Made by a program: the position numbers and the translations under genes
DNA from: Nematocida ausubeli
Lineage: Eukaryota
DNA: 64,000 bases
Direction: 5' to 3'
NCBI RefSeq assembly: GCF_000738915.1
Contig: NW_026515640.1
Coordinates: forward strand, 1-64,000
Part shown: piece after piece, positions 50,701 to 59,355 of the stretch
How positions within the stretch are numbered: position 1 is the first letter of the stretch
Layout of the letters: each line of letters opens with the position of its first letter
The notes under the pieces: generated by a model
What the model saw: only the letters and a program-made list of their open reading frames with translations
Told to the model about the DNA's origin: nothing
Database searches by the model: none

Positions 50701-52175
50701 GTAAATGGGTGCCTGAAATACGTTGAGTAGAAGTTTGATATAAACTGCGGGTCAAACCTCCTGACCAGGTGGTGCAAGGGAATCCCAATATCATGCATTG
50801 ACAGGAAGGCGCAGTAAGAGTCAATGTGCTCAATCTTATTCGGGCTCCTGGAGATTATTGTGATGAAAAAGTCGTTTATCTCTTTTATGCTGGACGGACT
50901 CTTTGAACGTATTTTTGACAGGAATATGGAGATCAAAAGAGCCATTCCTTCAGAGTACTGTGCTGCACTGTCATAAAGATAAAGGATTCTTCGGACTAGA
51001 CCCAGTACTTTCTCCTGGTCCAGATACTTAATTAGAATATCAACGGCCTGGCTGATAATCTGCTTCTTCTGCTGTGGTGTAAATGTATCTAAACAGCCAG
51101 TTGTATAGAAGGAGTATACAATATCAATGAGCGTAGTATTTCTTTCTTTGTAATAAAGCAGACCAAGAGACCGGAGTACACTGTTCTGTGCATGGAATAT
51201 GTACTTGTCCCGGAGAATTGCCTTTCCCTCCCCGGAGAACAGCGAGTAGCAGTCCACTAGTGCACGGCCCCTTAGGAGAAGTGAGATCTGCATTGAAAGA
51301 ATAAAGCACCCAACAAGTTCCCCTTCCAGCTCCTCAATGAACAGTCCCCCTAGGTACATAATGTACTCTTTGTACTGCGCATTAGAGAATTCCACTAGGG
51401 CATCCTTCATCATGATCTGGTGACCAAAGACAATTGCACTTCTGACGTACATCTCTAAGAAGCACAGTAGAAGCTCAATGAAGTCCAGCTGAATATTCAA
51501 GTACTCAGACCCATCCCACTCTTCAGTGAAGATCTTTGCTGTGTTCATTTCCTGCATGATTCCTATAAGACTGTCTACTGTCTCTTCTGTGATTCCTGCA
51601 AAGAAAGTGATCAAATCTTGTTCTTCTTCCTTGGACTGTTCGTCCTGCTCAACCACCTTCTCTGCTCTTTCTCTTTTCAGGCGCATTTCATTCCTTAGAC
51701 GGGCCAGCTTCTTGAAGGTAAACAAGCCAGACCTAATTATGCTTTGCAGGGGATGCCTGGGGATGTCAAATACTTCACTAGCCCCTTTCTCAGGCACTGG
51801 TGCTGCTTCTGTCTTCGTCCTTACCTCCTGCTCAGGTGATTTTTCAACCCACTTTCCCTCGTGCTTCTTTATCTTAGCAATAGTGATCTCAAGCACCGTA
51901 TTAATTTGGACCAAATCCACTTCACTCTTTCTTTTTCTGGCAAGGGCACCTGCCGCCATGGAAAAGCATGCCTCTAGGCCTTTGTGCTGCTCTACAGCCT
52001 GCACGTACAGAATAAGTTTCTCGTGCACGGATTCATTGTAATCTTTGACATCACCAAAAAGCAAAAACATTTCTTCTGCTTGTTCTACTGAAATATTCTC
52101 ACCCAGTGAATCTCCCCGGGTAATATAATCTTCGCAGGATATCAGCTCCCGTTCTGCATGGAGTTCTTGCTTCAT
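47772..52175 (-). CDS. STT4: Phosphatidylinositol 4-kinase type III alpha (STT4)
   Basis: LQSAEKVPYMVTF, IFKFGDDCRQDVLALQ, KDRHNGN, HIDFGF, YDQYQ C-terminus. Likely ATG at 52175 (alternative 52202). Confidence 0.95.
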   Translation of the reverse strand: MKQELHAERELISCEDYITRGDSLGENISVEQAEEMFLLFGDVKDYNESVHEKLILYVQAVEQHKGLEACFSMAAGALARKRKSEVDLVQINTVLEITIAKIKKHEGKWVEKSPEQEVRTKTEAAPVPEKGASEVFDIPRHPLQSIIRSGLFTFKKLARLRNEMRLKRERAEKVVEQDEQSKEEEQDLITFFAGITEETVDSLIGIMQEMNTAKIFTEEWDGSEYLNIQLDFIELLLCFLEMYVRSAIVFGHQIMMKDALVEFSNAQYKEYIMYLGGLFIEELEGELVGCFILSMQISLLLRGRALVDCYSLFSGEGKAILRDKYIFHAQNSVLRSLGLLYYKERNTTLIDIVYSFYTTGCLDTFTPQQKKQIISQAVDILIKYLDQEKVLGLVRRILYLYDSAAQYSEGMALLISIFLSKIRSKSPSSIKEINDFFITIISRSPNKIEHIDSYCAFLSMHDIGIPLHHLVRRFDPQFISNFYSTYFRHPFTLEKGTQAVGDFINFVCLSAELTYIYILNMVPFIPTSPFILHKLFLIYKRIYANAEMFPRGINTELLLLQMKTPALVGVAGYIFSDPKPMIKSKQLKKMAATVKISHKLNEDYILFLILVYSVEKAKIENYNYNGIISYLEDEVTLKYMGKHLLQIISMVHADASVESIDFYKTYACELLKRAAVPTAYPLSLKIIVEVLSILVQKEPSLILSDEIHIRFKECFDTFRINELSMYNLKETFHKYTKLYESILARIKEEVIEAYNYIVLNIVDFGLFHALPVMRDERGIKELLNRSNLIMKIIKAFPSTPMQGVEIWEWLYSVCTKKPHKPGAPGNISGGAAVDAHSHKIPLSEEEYAHLLYAINTEWITDLITIRGDTPGIIENTRNYLRWILDEEYSLETLLVLLKVSTREEKKKLLKRAVLTGYNMKEDLSVYYSLYQAAKGTFYEYPLAHTYNFLSALTKTKKFLKVKTLKEQELYDLSIDELIFLSTEHGDKKVLEVLIKKQILNCAGFFIDINRLSTVEALSVIANSEEEQDIFKALSYLEGEAAKGDSLIFYAPQIVHLLRKEYTTNGNEIKEALIKTVLGKAAASKTAHALIWELNAQGLSTLNIYKDAILSNLSQEDRDQYARMDVFLNNFAKISQNLQKHVAVDRDTKKRMINTEISGVVIPEGCYLPTTGEPVVRVIEGSGRALQSAEKVPYMVTFKVEDTKNPEGGEADRQVIFKFGDDCRQDVLALQIIKLFQNIFKEKGLSVYLYPYMVMATGYGSGIIEVIPQSISRDQLGRERVNNLVDYFSLKYGYREGHRYIQALKNFVESFAGYSLVTYILNIKDRHNGNIMLTDDGHLIHIDFGFMLDISPGNINIESPIKITDEIFSLLGGAEGEAFILYRELMVKGFYLLRKRAREIVLMIDLGRHSGIPCYTSATMKNLISRFRLDLSDVEVPGFVYKLIASSTKKLRTWIYDQYQHMTNNIAF

Positions 52176-52503
52176 TCTTGAAAAATAAAAACAAAATTGC
52201 ATTTATCTAGAAGTTCTTTATTACATTAGTACTTGAGTTCTTGTTCTTTTACTGCACCACTTGCTGCAGGGTCATTTTATTCTTTAGTGCAAGTTCATTC
52301 CACAGGGAATTTCTTCCCACAGAGAATTTCTTCTGGGAAGTAACCCGAATAACTTAAATAATTTTCTTCTGGGAAATAACTTAAATAATTTCTGATTATT
52401 TTAGTGCACCGTATATAACCACTAATAACTCTGAATAGCCCCGAATAAATATAAATATACTGCAAGCCTGAATATGACATGGAAATTACTAAGTTATTTA
52501 GAG

Positions 52504-52599
52504 CACTCCAAAGTAGAGTTAAAGTCGGGTTAAATTTAGTTCACTCCAAAGTAGAGTTAAAGTCGGGTTAAATTTAGTTCACTCCAAAGTAGAGTTAAA
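52504..52599 (+). repeat. 38-bp tandem repeat, 2.5 perfect copies, each full copy containing TCGGGTTA
   Basis: cactccaaagtagagttaaagtcgggttaaatttagtt at 52504 and 52542, partial at 52580; another cactccaaa at about 52629. Confidence 0.9.
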
Positions 52600-52645
52600 T
52601 TTGTGTTAAATTCTGGTCAAATCTGGGTCACTCCAAATACTCAAC

Positions 52646-53383
52646 CTATTTACCATATACATCCAGCTTCCTTGCCTGCTTACTAAGACCCTCCCTGAAT
52701 ATTCTGGCCCTAATCCTGGCAGGTGCCTCTTCCAAGAGAATTTTCTCTACGGAAGGCACTTCATGCAGTGCAGACAGTAGGAGGGGAATAGGCTTATTCT
52801 TCATGGGCATTTTATTTTCACTTTCTTTTGGTCTGGGGCTGTCTCCTTTAATTTCTTTGCAGAATCTGTCAAGTATTCTTCTTATGCTTAGAGTACTTCT
52901 TGTGCATGTACAGATACTTTCTGGTCTTTCTTCTTTTGTCTTTACTTTCTTTATTTCTACTTTTCTTTTAAATCTATCCAGTATCCTTGGCCATCTGTTC
53001 ATACTGTATACTCTACTGATTGAATTATTTTCTGTCTCTTCTTGTCTATGGGGTTCTTTAAGGAGGAAGATATTTCTGCATTTTTCTGTGGAACTGGTGC
53101 ATTCTATTCTGTTTATTGTTCTGGCAAGAAGAGGGTACAGAAATATTCCTTTTAAATTTGTAATTCCTTCTTTATTCTGTATACTCTGCAGTTTCTGCTG
53201 GAATTCTTCTATGTTCTCTTCTAGTGCTTTTATAAAGTGCTTTTTCTTGTTTGAATCTATGAGTATTTTGTGCCAATCTAGTACATTATATCTAGTGCCT
53301 TCAAAGAGACAGAGTGGGTCTGAGTGGTTTGCTATTTCTTCTGGGTTCTGGTCGTTGCATTTACGTTTTTCTTTTGCCGTCAT
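52646..53383 (-). CDS. Hypothetical basic protein
   Basis: Open 245 codons from ATG 53383 (MTAKEKRK), K/E/R-rich with a coiled-coil stretch; no recognisable domain. Confidence 0.65.
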   Translation of the reverse strand: MTAKEKRKCNDQNPEEIANHSDPLCLFEGTRYNVLDWHKILIDSNKKKHFIKALEENIEEFQQKLQSIQNKEGITNLKGIFLYPLLARTINRIECTSSTEKCRNIFLLKEPHRQEETENNSISRVYSMNRWPRILDRFKRKVEIKKVKTKEERPESICTCTRSTLSIRRILDRFCKEIKGDSPRPKESENKMPMKNKPIPLLLSALHEVPSVEKILLEEAPARIRARIFREGLSKQARKLDVYGK

Positions 53384-53415
53384 AAAATATTTAAGTCTTC
53401 TGTCTTTTCTTTTCA

Positions 53416-54498
53416 ATGAAAGATTTTATTGCAGTCGTAGCCCCGTTCAAGAAGAATTATACGTTTAGGCTGGAGACAGAAGAAAACACGAGTATTCTTA
53501 AGTCAGACTGCAGCAAAAGGGAAATAACAGTCATTGCATCAGAAGAGACTGACATACCATGCAACTACGTCTTAGCAAGTACTGCAGAGACAGCACCAGA
53601 AACTGTTGAAATAAATGGGAAAACCATGCATATAACTGAAGTGAAATACTTCAAGGCAAAGACATTCTTCCGAAAAGATGAAAAAGAGAGTGGCTCTAAT
53701 GTGCGTGCTAAGACCATAACTGAACTCTCACTGGAATTTGGGAGTGCCGCATTTGCGAGGTCATTTAAGAAGAGAAAGCAAATGAACGAAGTGACAAAAG
53801 AGACAGAAGACACAGGAAATAGTCTCATGCAAGAGAAACTAGCATCAAATGGGGCAGATATGTCACAGACACCAGTACCAATGGAATCTGATCTAGAGCC
53901 AGTCTTCCCAAAGAAAAATACAAGTGCAAAGAAGCCCATTGATATATACACACTAGAAGGCATACTTGGGTTCAGTCCCTTTGCAGTAATTGAAGAGTCC
54001 ATCCACCTTCTGAAGGATAATGAAATATCTGTTGGTACTTTGACTGAGTCAGTTCTGAAGAAAAGTCAGTTTAAATATGAAGAAGAAAAAGACCTTTCTG
54101 TCTGGGCACTCGTATTCGACAGTATATCCAAGATATTGGAAGGTGTCAGAAAGAAGAAGCTAACTTATTTGTACGAGATGGAAGACCCAATACAAGCTGT
54201 AATGATAAAAAAGATAGTAAAGCACTTTATAGGCCCAATTCTAGCACACAAACCAATTATCTTAGATAAAAAGACGCACAGTAGACTAGTTGTGCGCATA
54301 ATTATCATGCTCCTTTTAAGGTCAAATGGTGTGCTAAACATACAGACGTACCCGCAATGCTTCTTTAAAATGGGAATTGATGCCATCAGAAAATTACTGA
54401 AGGAAATTGGCTGCGTAAAGGCAAACCCCAGGGACTACAAGCCCTCTGAGAGGCAGCATGCCAGCATGATATACATTCTGTCCATGGATGCAGAGTGA
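53416..54498 (+). CDS. RPA49: RNA polymerase I subunit A49 (RPA49/PAF53)-like
   Basis: LSLEFGSAAFARSF (cf. LxxxFGTKKAK), FPKKNTSAKKPIDIYTLEGIL (cf. PxxNxxAxxxxxIYxxExII), LLKEIGC near the C-terminus. Confidence 0.65.
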   Translation: MKDFIAVVAPFKKNYTFRLETEENTSILKSDCSKREITVIASEETDIPCNYVLASTAETAPETVEINGKTMHITEVKYFKAKTFFRKDEKESGSNVRAKTITELSLEFGSAAFARSFKKRKQMNEVTKETEDTGNSLMQEKLASNGADMSQTPVPMESDLEPVFPKKNTSAKKPIDIYTLEGILGFSPFAVIEESIHLLKDNEISVGTLTESVLKKSQFKYEEEKDLSVWALVFDSISKILEGVRKKKLTYLYEMEDPIQAVMIKKIVKHFIGPILAHKPIILDKKTHSRLVVRIIIMLLLRSNGVLNIQTYPQCFFKMGIDAIRKLLKEIGCVKANPRDYKPSERQHASMIYILSMDAE

Positions 54499-54729
54499 GA
54501 CCATATAATATAACCAGAATAAACCAGATAGAGTATATGTGTACTATGCAGATGCATTAATTTTTAAGTTAATCTATTCAGAAAAGATATCAGTATAACG
54601 TATATCAATAATTGTTATCTTATCCTGGTTATATTGTTTAAGATATGATTTAATTAATTATTTGATTATTCAGTTATTTTTGTTAATGGATATCTCATGA
54701 AAATGTTTATAATTATATTTATAGTGTAC

Positions 54730-55115
54730 TGTTGTAGACTAGAAAATTAAAAATATTACTAGTAGTAGAGAAAATTATTATTAGTAGTGGTAGAGAAAAT
54801 TATTAGTAGTAGTGGTAGAGAAAATTATTAGTAGTAGTAGAGACACTGACAGCAGAAATATTTTAAATTACTACTAGTAGAATTACTAGTAGTATAGAGA
54901 CAACAAAAATTACTTAAAATTACTACTAGTAGAGACAGCAGAAATTATTTTAAATTACTAGTAGTAGTAGTAGAGAGAGAGACAACAAATAATTATATTT
55001 TACAACCACCCGAATATATCTCAAGATATTTCAAGATAAGATACGAGATAAAAAATATTTCAAGATACCTCAAGATAAGATACAAGATATATCCCAAGAC
55101 ACAAGACACACCCGA
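54730..55115 (-). repeat. Dispersed CTACTAG-minisatellite element, copy 3 (reverse orientation)
   Basis: Reverse complement reads ttcgggtg...atctcgtattcttatc...(tgtctctctactactagtaatttaaaataatttct)n...aattttctagtctacaaca. Confidence 0.75.
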
Positions 55116-55201
55116 ATTAAAAGAACTGCACTGTTGGACTTTTTTATTTATTGAAAACTCAACTGTTTAATTAGTGTGTTTTTAAAGTTGTTGAAGGTGT
55201 C

Positions 55202-56710
55202 TTAGTCTCTATCATCCCAGTGCCCTGGTCTCTTTGGGGCACTCAGAGTGTCCTCGTTCTTTGTAATAAACATCTGGGAGACACTCAGAATATCAGAAGA
55301 CAGGACAGCTGCGTATTCTATGGCTCTTTCCTTTATGGCAGCCACATCAAAGACATCTTGTGGTGCGTCTTCCATGGAGGTACTCTTACGGCCTACTGCC
55401 TCAATTGCCTCTGCGAATATTTTTGCTGCAATTTGTCTTACGTCCGTGTACTTCTCTGCTTCTTCCTGGAGGGCAGCTGCAATTTCTCTCTCGCACTCAC
55501 CTGCTCCCCGTAAGAGACGGAGTGATCCTGTGCGCATAGACTCATTTGCGCACACCTGCAGGGCATATACTGCCTTTGTGACTAACTTCTCACTCTCTTC
55601 CAAGTGTGCAGGAAGGGTTCCTCTTAGCATAAGTGTTACAATTTGTCCTTTTCCTTCTACCTTAGTATATTTCTTCTCACCGAGTGTCTGGGTACCTAGT
55701 GAGGTGCAGAGACCAAGGTACTGCTCCTCCATGGGCCTCAGAATATTTGCCATCCTTCCTCCAAAGAGCATGCACAGTCTGCGCAAGTCAAATTTACTGT
55801 GCACCTTCAGGAGGGCTACTTTCTTCTCATTCAAGTAGTCCAGCATAAGCGCATCAACTGATCCACTGCACACAAGCAGTCCTACTCCATTTGCGACTAA
55901 TTTATCAACGAATTCCTTTGTTGTCTTCTCATCATCCTGTGCGTACGTCAGAAGGTCTTGTGCATTCTTTAGAAGGACTGTTCCTTTTGTTTCCATGTTG
56001 CTGATTGCCAGGGGACACGTGTATATTGCAGTCTTAAGGTTCTCTCCTGTTGTAACTAGCCCAACAGGTGAACTTTCCAATAGAAGTCCTTTAAACCTCT
56101 CTGAGTCTTCAAGTGCTCCTACGTTGATCTTTGTGACCCGGATACTATCAATAGGGAATGACCCATTCTTTGAGATCTCTGAGATAGATTCCCCTAGTAG
56201 TTCTGCTATCTTCTTGTTCTTCACTATCCCACTAGATATTTTTCTGATGATTTCTGCAGAGTCTAGACTAAATTTCTCTTCAACTGATATTTTCTTGATA
56301 ATTTCACTCATTGAGTCACCACTTTCCCTTAGGGCACTTGCAAGTTCTGTTGGAAGAATTCCCTTCTCTATGAATAATGCGCACTTTCTTAATATTTCCC
56401 CAAGAATACACATTAAGAAACCAGTGCAGTCTCCCATTTGTGCCAGATGCGCAACTGGCTCTACAATCATCCTTAGGGCAGGGTGTTCTACGTCGCACCC
56501 AGATAGAATTGTAGCCACAGATCTACTTATTATTAGTCTCTTCTGTGAATTAACAACTAACTTGTACATTCCATTCACACCGTAAGATGTCTTAACAATA
56601 TCACACAGACTGACTATCCCTTCTATATTCTTTAATACGCATGCAATTCCTGCACTTTCTGCAGTATTTGATCGCATAAGCCTATTTCCTCCAAAAGCAG
56701 CTCCATTCAT
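55202..56710 (-). CDS. CCT8: Chaperonin CCT/TRiC subunit theta
   Basis: KTSYGVNGMYKLVVN, VEHPA, GDCTG, ETKGTVLLKNA, SKFDLRRLC, C-terminal PGHWDDRD. Confidence 0.92.
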   Translation of the reverse strand: MNGAAFGGNRLMRSNTAESAGIACVLKNIEGIVSLCDIVKTSYGVNGMYKLVVNSQKRLIISRSVATILSGCDVEHPALRMIVEPVAHLAQMGDCTGFLMCILGEILRKCALFIEKGILPTELASALRESGDSMSEIIKKISVEEKFSLDSAEIIRKISSGIVKNKKIAELLGESISEISKNGSFPIDSIRVTKINVGALEDSERFKGLLLESSPVGLVTTGENLKTAIYTCPLAISNMETKGTVLLKNAQDLLTYAQDDEKTTKEFVDKLVANGVGLLVCSGSVDALMLDYLNEKKVALLKVHSKFDLRRLCMLFGGRMANILRPMEEQYLGLCTSLGTQTLGEKKYTKVEGKGQIVTLMLRGTLPAHLEESEKLVTKAVYALQVCANESMRTGSLRLLRGAGECEREIAAALQEEAEKYTDVRQIAAKIFAEAIEAVGRKSTSMEDAPQDVFDVAAIKERAIEYAAVLSSDILSVSQMFITKNEDTLSAPKRPGHWDDRD

Positions 56711-57003
56711 CTGTCTGAAATAAAAATTAAATTATTTCCCTTAGACTAAAATGCAGTAGAGTTATCTAGATGAATTTTAAGTGGATTTCAAGTGGATTAT
56801 GGTTATGCAATGAGAGAGTATCTATTCTCTTACTAAAGGCACTAAGTGGTTAATATCTTATTTTGGTTATATTTAGAGTGTATTTGTATACGAGTAATTT
56901 CTGTTGTATATTTAGACTAATTTTAGTAAGTATATATATACTAGGAGAGAAAGAATATTCTTATTCGGGTTATATTACTGTGCATATTCTTAACTTAATT
57001 CAG

Positions 57004-57400
57004 AAAGTATTTAGTAGTATTCTGTTCTATTCTATTCTAGTCTTAATTAATAAAATATTTCATCTTTAGTCTAGTCTTAACCTACAAAGTATTCTCTTCT
57101 AGCCTAGTCTACAAAGTATTTAGTAGTAGTCTCTATTCTAGTCTTAATAATAAAATATTTCTCTCTATTCTCTTCTAGTCTTAATAATAAAATATTTAGT
57201 AGTAGTCTGTTCTAGTCTACAAAATATTCTCTTCTAGTCTTAATTAATAAAATATTTATGTCTAGTCTAGTCTTAACCTACAAAACACTTATTAGTCTTT
57301 CTCTCTCCCTTCTAAACCAATAAATTATTAGTCTCTCATGTCTCAACTTACAAAATACTTATTAGTCTTTCTCTCGCCTCAACCAATAAATCATTTCTCT
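57004..57400 (+). repeat. Degenerate tandem array (ctattctagtcttaataataaaatattt family)
   Basis: At least 4 copies of tctagtcttaa(t)taataaaatattt, plus repeated acttattagtctttctctc...aaccaataaat. Confidence 0.7.
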
Positions 57401-57834
57401 ACTTCTGCCTCTCCCTCTCATCTCTCAATATAAACCCCTCTTCCTCTCAATACAAACCCTTCTTACTCTAAGATGCATAAAACACTTCGGACAGTGTGCG
57501 CGGTCTTTTTGCAATTTGATCAATTAGTCTAATTGCATTTGCAATTTTACAATTTGGAAATGGCGGGTACTTGAAAAATGGCTAATTGATTTTCTCTTTT
57601 TCCATTTTTAACTTTGCCGCCCAAAGTTTTTCCTTAAATAATTTATTGAAAATCCAACTTACATGAAAAATAGCACTAAAACCTATCGAATTATAGTCAA
57701 ATATGGTAAATTTTATTATGAATTAGGAAATGTCCAAATTGAGATATTACAGTTCTTAATTAGGTATACCTGCATTCCCTAATTAAATATCTTAAGTATA
57801 TATAGGAGTACGTTTGGGAATAAACAGAAGAAGA

Positions 57835-58605
57835 ATGACACAAAAAGTAATGACAAGTAATAGACCAGTTAAGTTCATTGATTTCACTGAGGAAATCATG
57901 AAAAGCTTTGAAAGGAAGGCGGCCCCAAAGAAGCCCAGAATTAAACTTGACTTATGGCAGATTAAGTCCCTGGAGAAGGCCTTTGAAGATGACTCGCATC
58001 CTTCACAGAAGGCAAAGACAAAGCTCTCTGCCCTTTTAGGAATAACCATAAAAAGTATCCAAATTTGGTTCCAGAATAAACGGGCAAAAGAAAAGACAAA
58101 AAGAGACCAGAGTGAGACAGAGAGTGATAGTACTCCATTCACATCAGAGCAAGAAGTATTTCCACCACATGAAAATATTCCACTTCCTGCAGAACCAGAG
58201 AAGAAAGTGACAGCACAAAAATACGAAGAGAGTCACTTTAGACTAAGCAATGCACCAACACCCTTTGATATGTCTGATATCTCTGATCTCACAATGACAT
58301 ATGATATATCCCAGATAAATGACTCTTTCTCCTTTGATCACCAGCAGAATACAACGTACTCAGAATACGATTCATTTTTGAGTTCATTCAGTGCCCCACT
58401 CTGCATGCCAGAAGAGAAGCCAGAGGCAGCCAGGCAGACATATTCATCCAGTCAGAATGGAGTATTTGAGCAGACGCCTTTATTCAGCACACTAAACCAG
58501 CACAAGTGCCACTTAACAAATGGTAACCTCACATACACCACAGACCTAGAAAGACTAGATTTCTTTAATGAACTGCAGCACCACATGACCAACAGTATTA
58601 TTTAG
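57835..58605 (+). CDS. Homeodomain transcription factor
   Basis: KKPRIKL..Q...LEKAF...HPS...LSALLG...IQIWFQNKRAKEK. First ATG at 57835; TATATATA about 30 bp upstream. Confidence 0.92.
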   Translation: MTQKVMTSNRPVKFIDFTEEIMKSFERKAAPKKPRIKLDLWQIKSLEKAFEDDSHPSQKAKTKLSALLGITIKSIQIWFQNKRAKEKTKRDQSETESDSTPFTSEQEVFPPHENIPLPAEPEKKVTAQKYEESHFRLSNAPTPFDMSDISDLTMTYDISQINDSFSFDHQQNTTYSEYDSFLSSFSAPLCMPEEKPEAARQTYSSSQNGVFEQTPLFSTLNQHKCHLTNGNLTYTTDLERLDFFNELQHHMTNSII

Positions 58606-58879
58606 TGAGTGCCAGTATGCCGTTTCATTAGTATATTAACACAGTGCTGGAATGGCAAAAATAAAGTACTTAATTATAAACCAGATATTCCCATATTACT
58701 GCTTATTAGCTTATTAAGCATATTTATATTATTTCTATACTAGAGAACTTCTTCTTTTCTCTTACAAAGTGAATTTTAGAAATTGAAGAAATATAATAGA
58801 GAGGTACAAATTAGTAGGGGAGGTGAATAGGCAGTACAACACAGCTAAAATATACACCTTAAGACAGCAAAATATCTCA

Positions 58880-59215
58880 ATATATACCGGATATAACTAA
58901 AATATACCATGGTACAGTACAACTAAAATATCCCAATATATATCATAGTACAGTACAACTAAAATATAGAAAAATCTAGTACAAGACAACCAAAATATCC
59001 CAATATATAACTACAACTAAAATACACCATAGTACAGCACAACTAAAATATACAAAAATACAAAATACACCTCAAGACAATACAACTACAACATAACTAC
59101 ACCTAATACATCCTAATATACAACAAAAATACAATATATCCTAATATATAACTACAACCAAAATACAAAATATAACTATAACCAAAATACCCCAAAATAC
59201 ACAATACACCAATAA
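58880..59215 (+). repeat. A/C-rich degenerate array (acaactaaaatatac, agtaca, tcctaatata units)
   Basis: Many imperfect copies with strong strand asymmetry (very few G on the + strand). Confidence 0.65.
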
Positions 59216-59355
59216 TATATCTCTACCTTTGCCATTAAATTATACAATCCTGTACTGTGTACTCTAGATACAGTGCATTTTAAAATTGAATGAGAGTCCT
59301 TTTTCACTCTCTAATGGGAATTGCATGAATATCTGAATTTTTTTATGCACTCCAC

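Noticed and set aside
52803..53468. 221-aa plus-strand F/L/S-rich ORF
   Set aside because: Antisense shadow of a K/E/R-rich gene.
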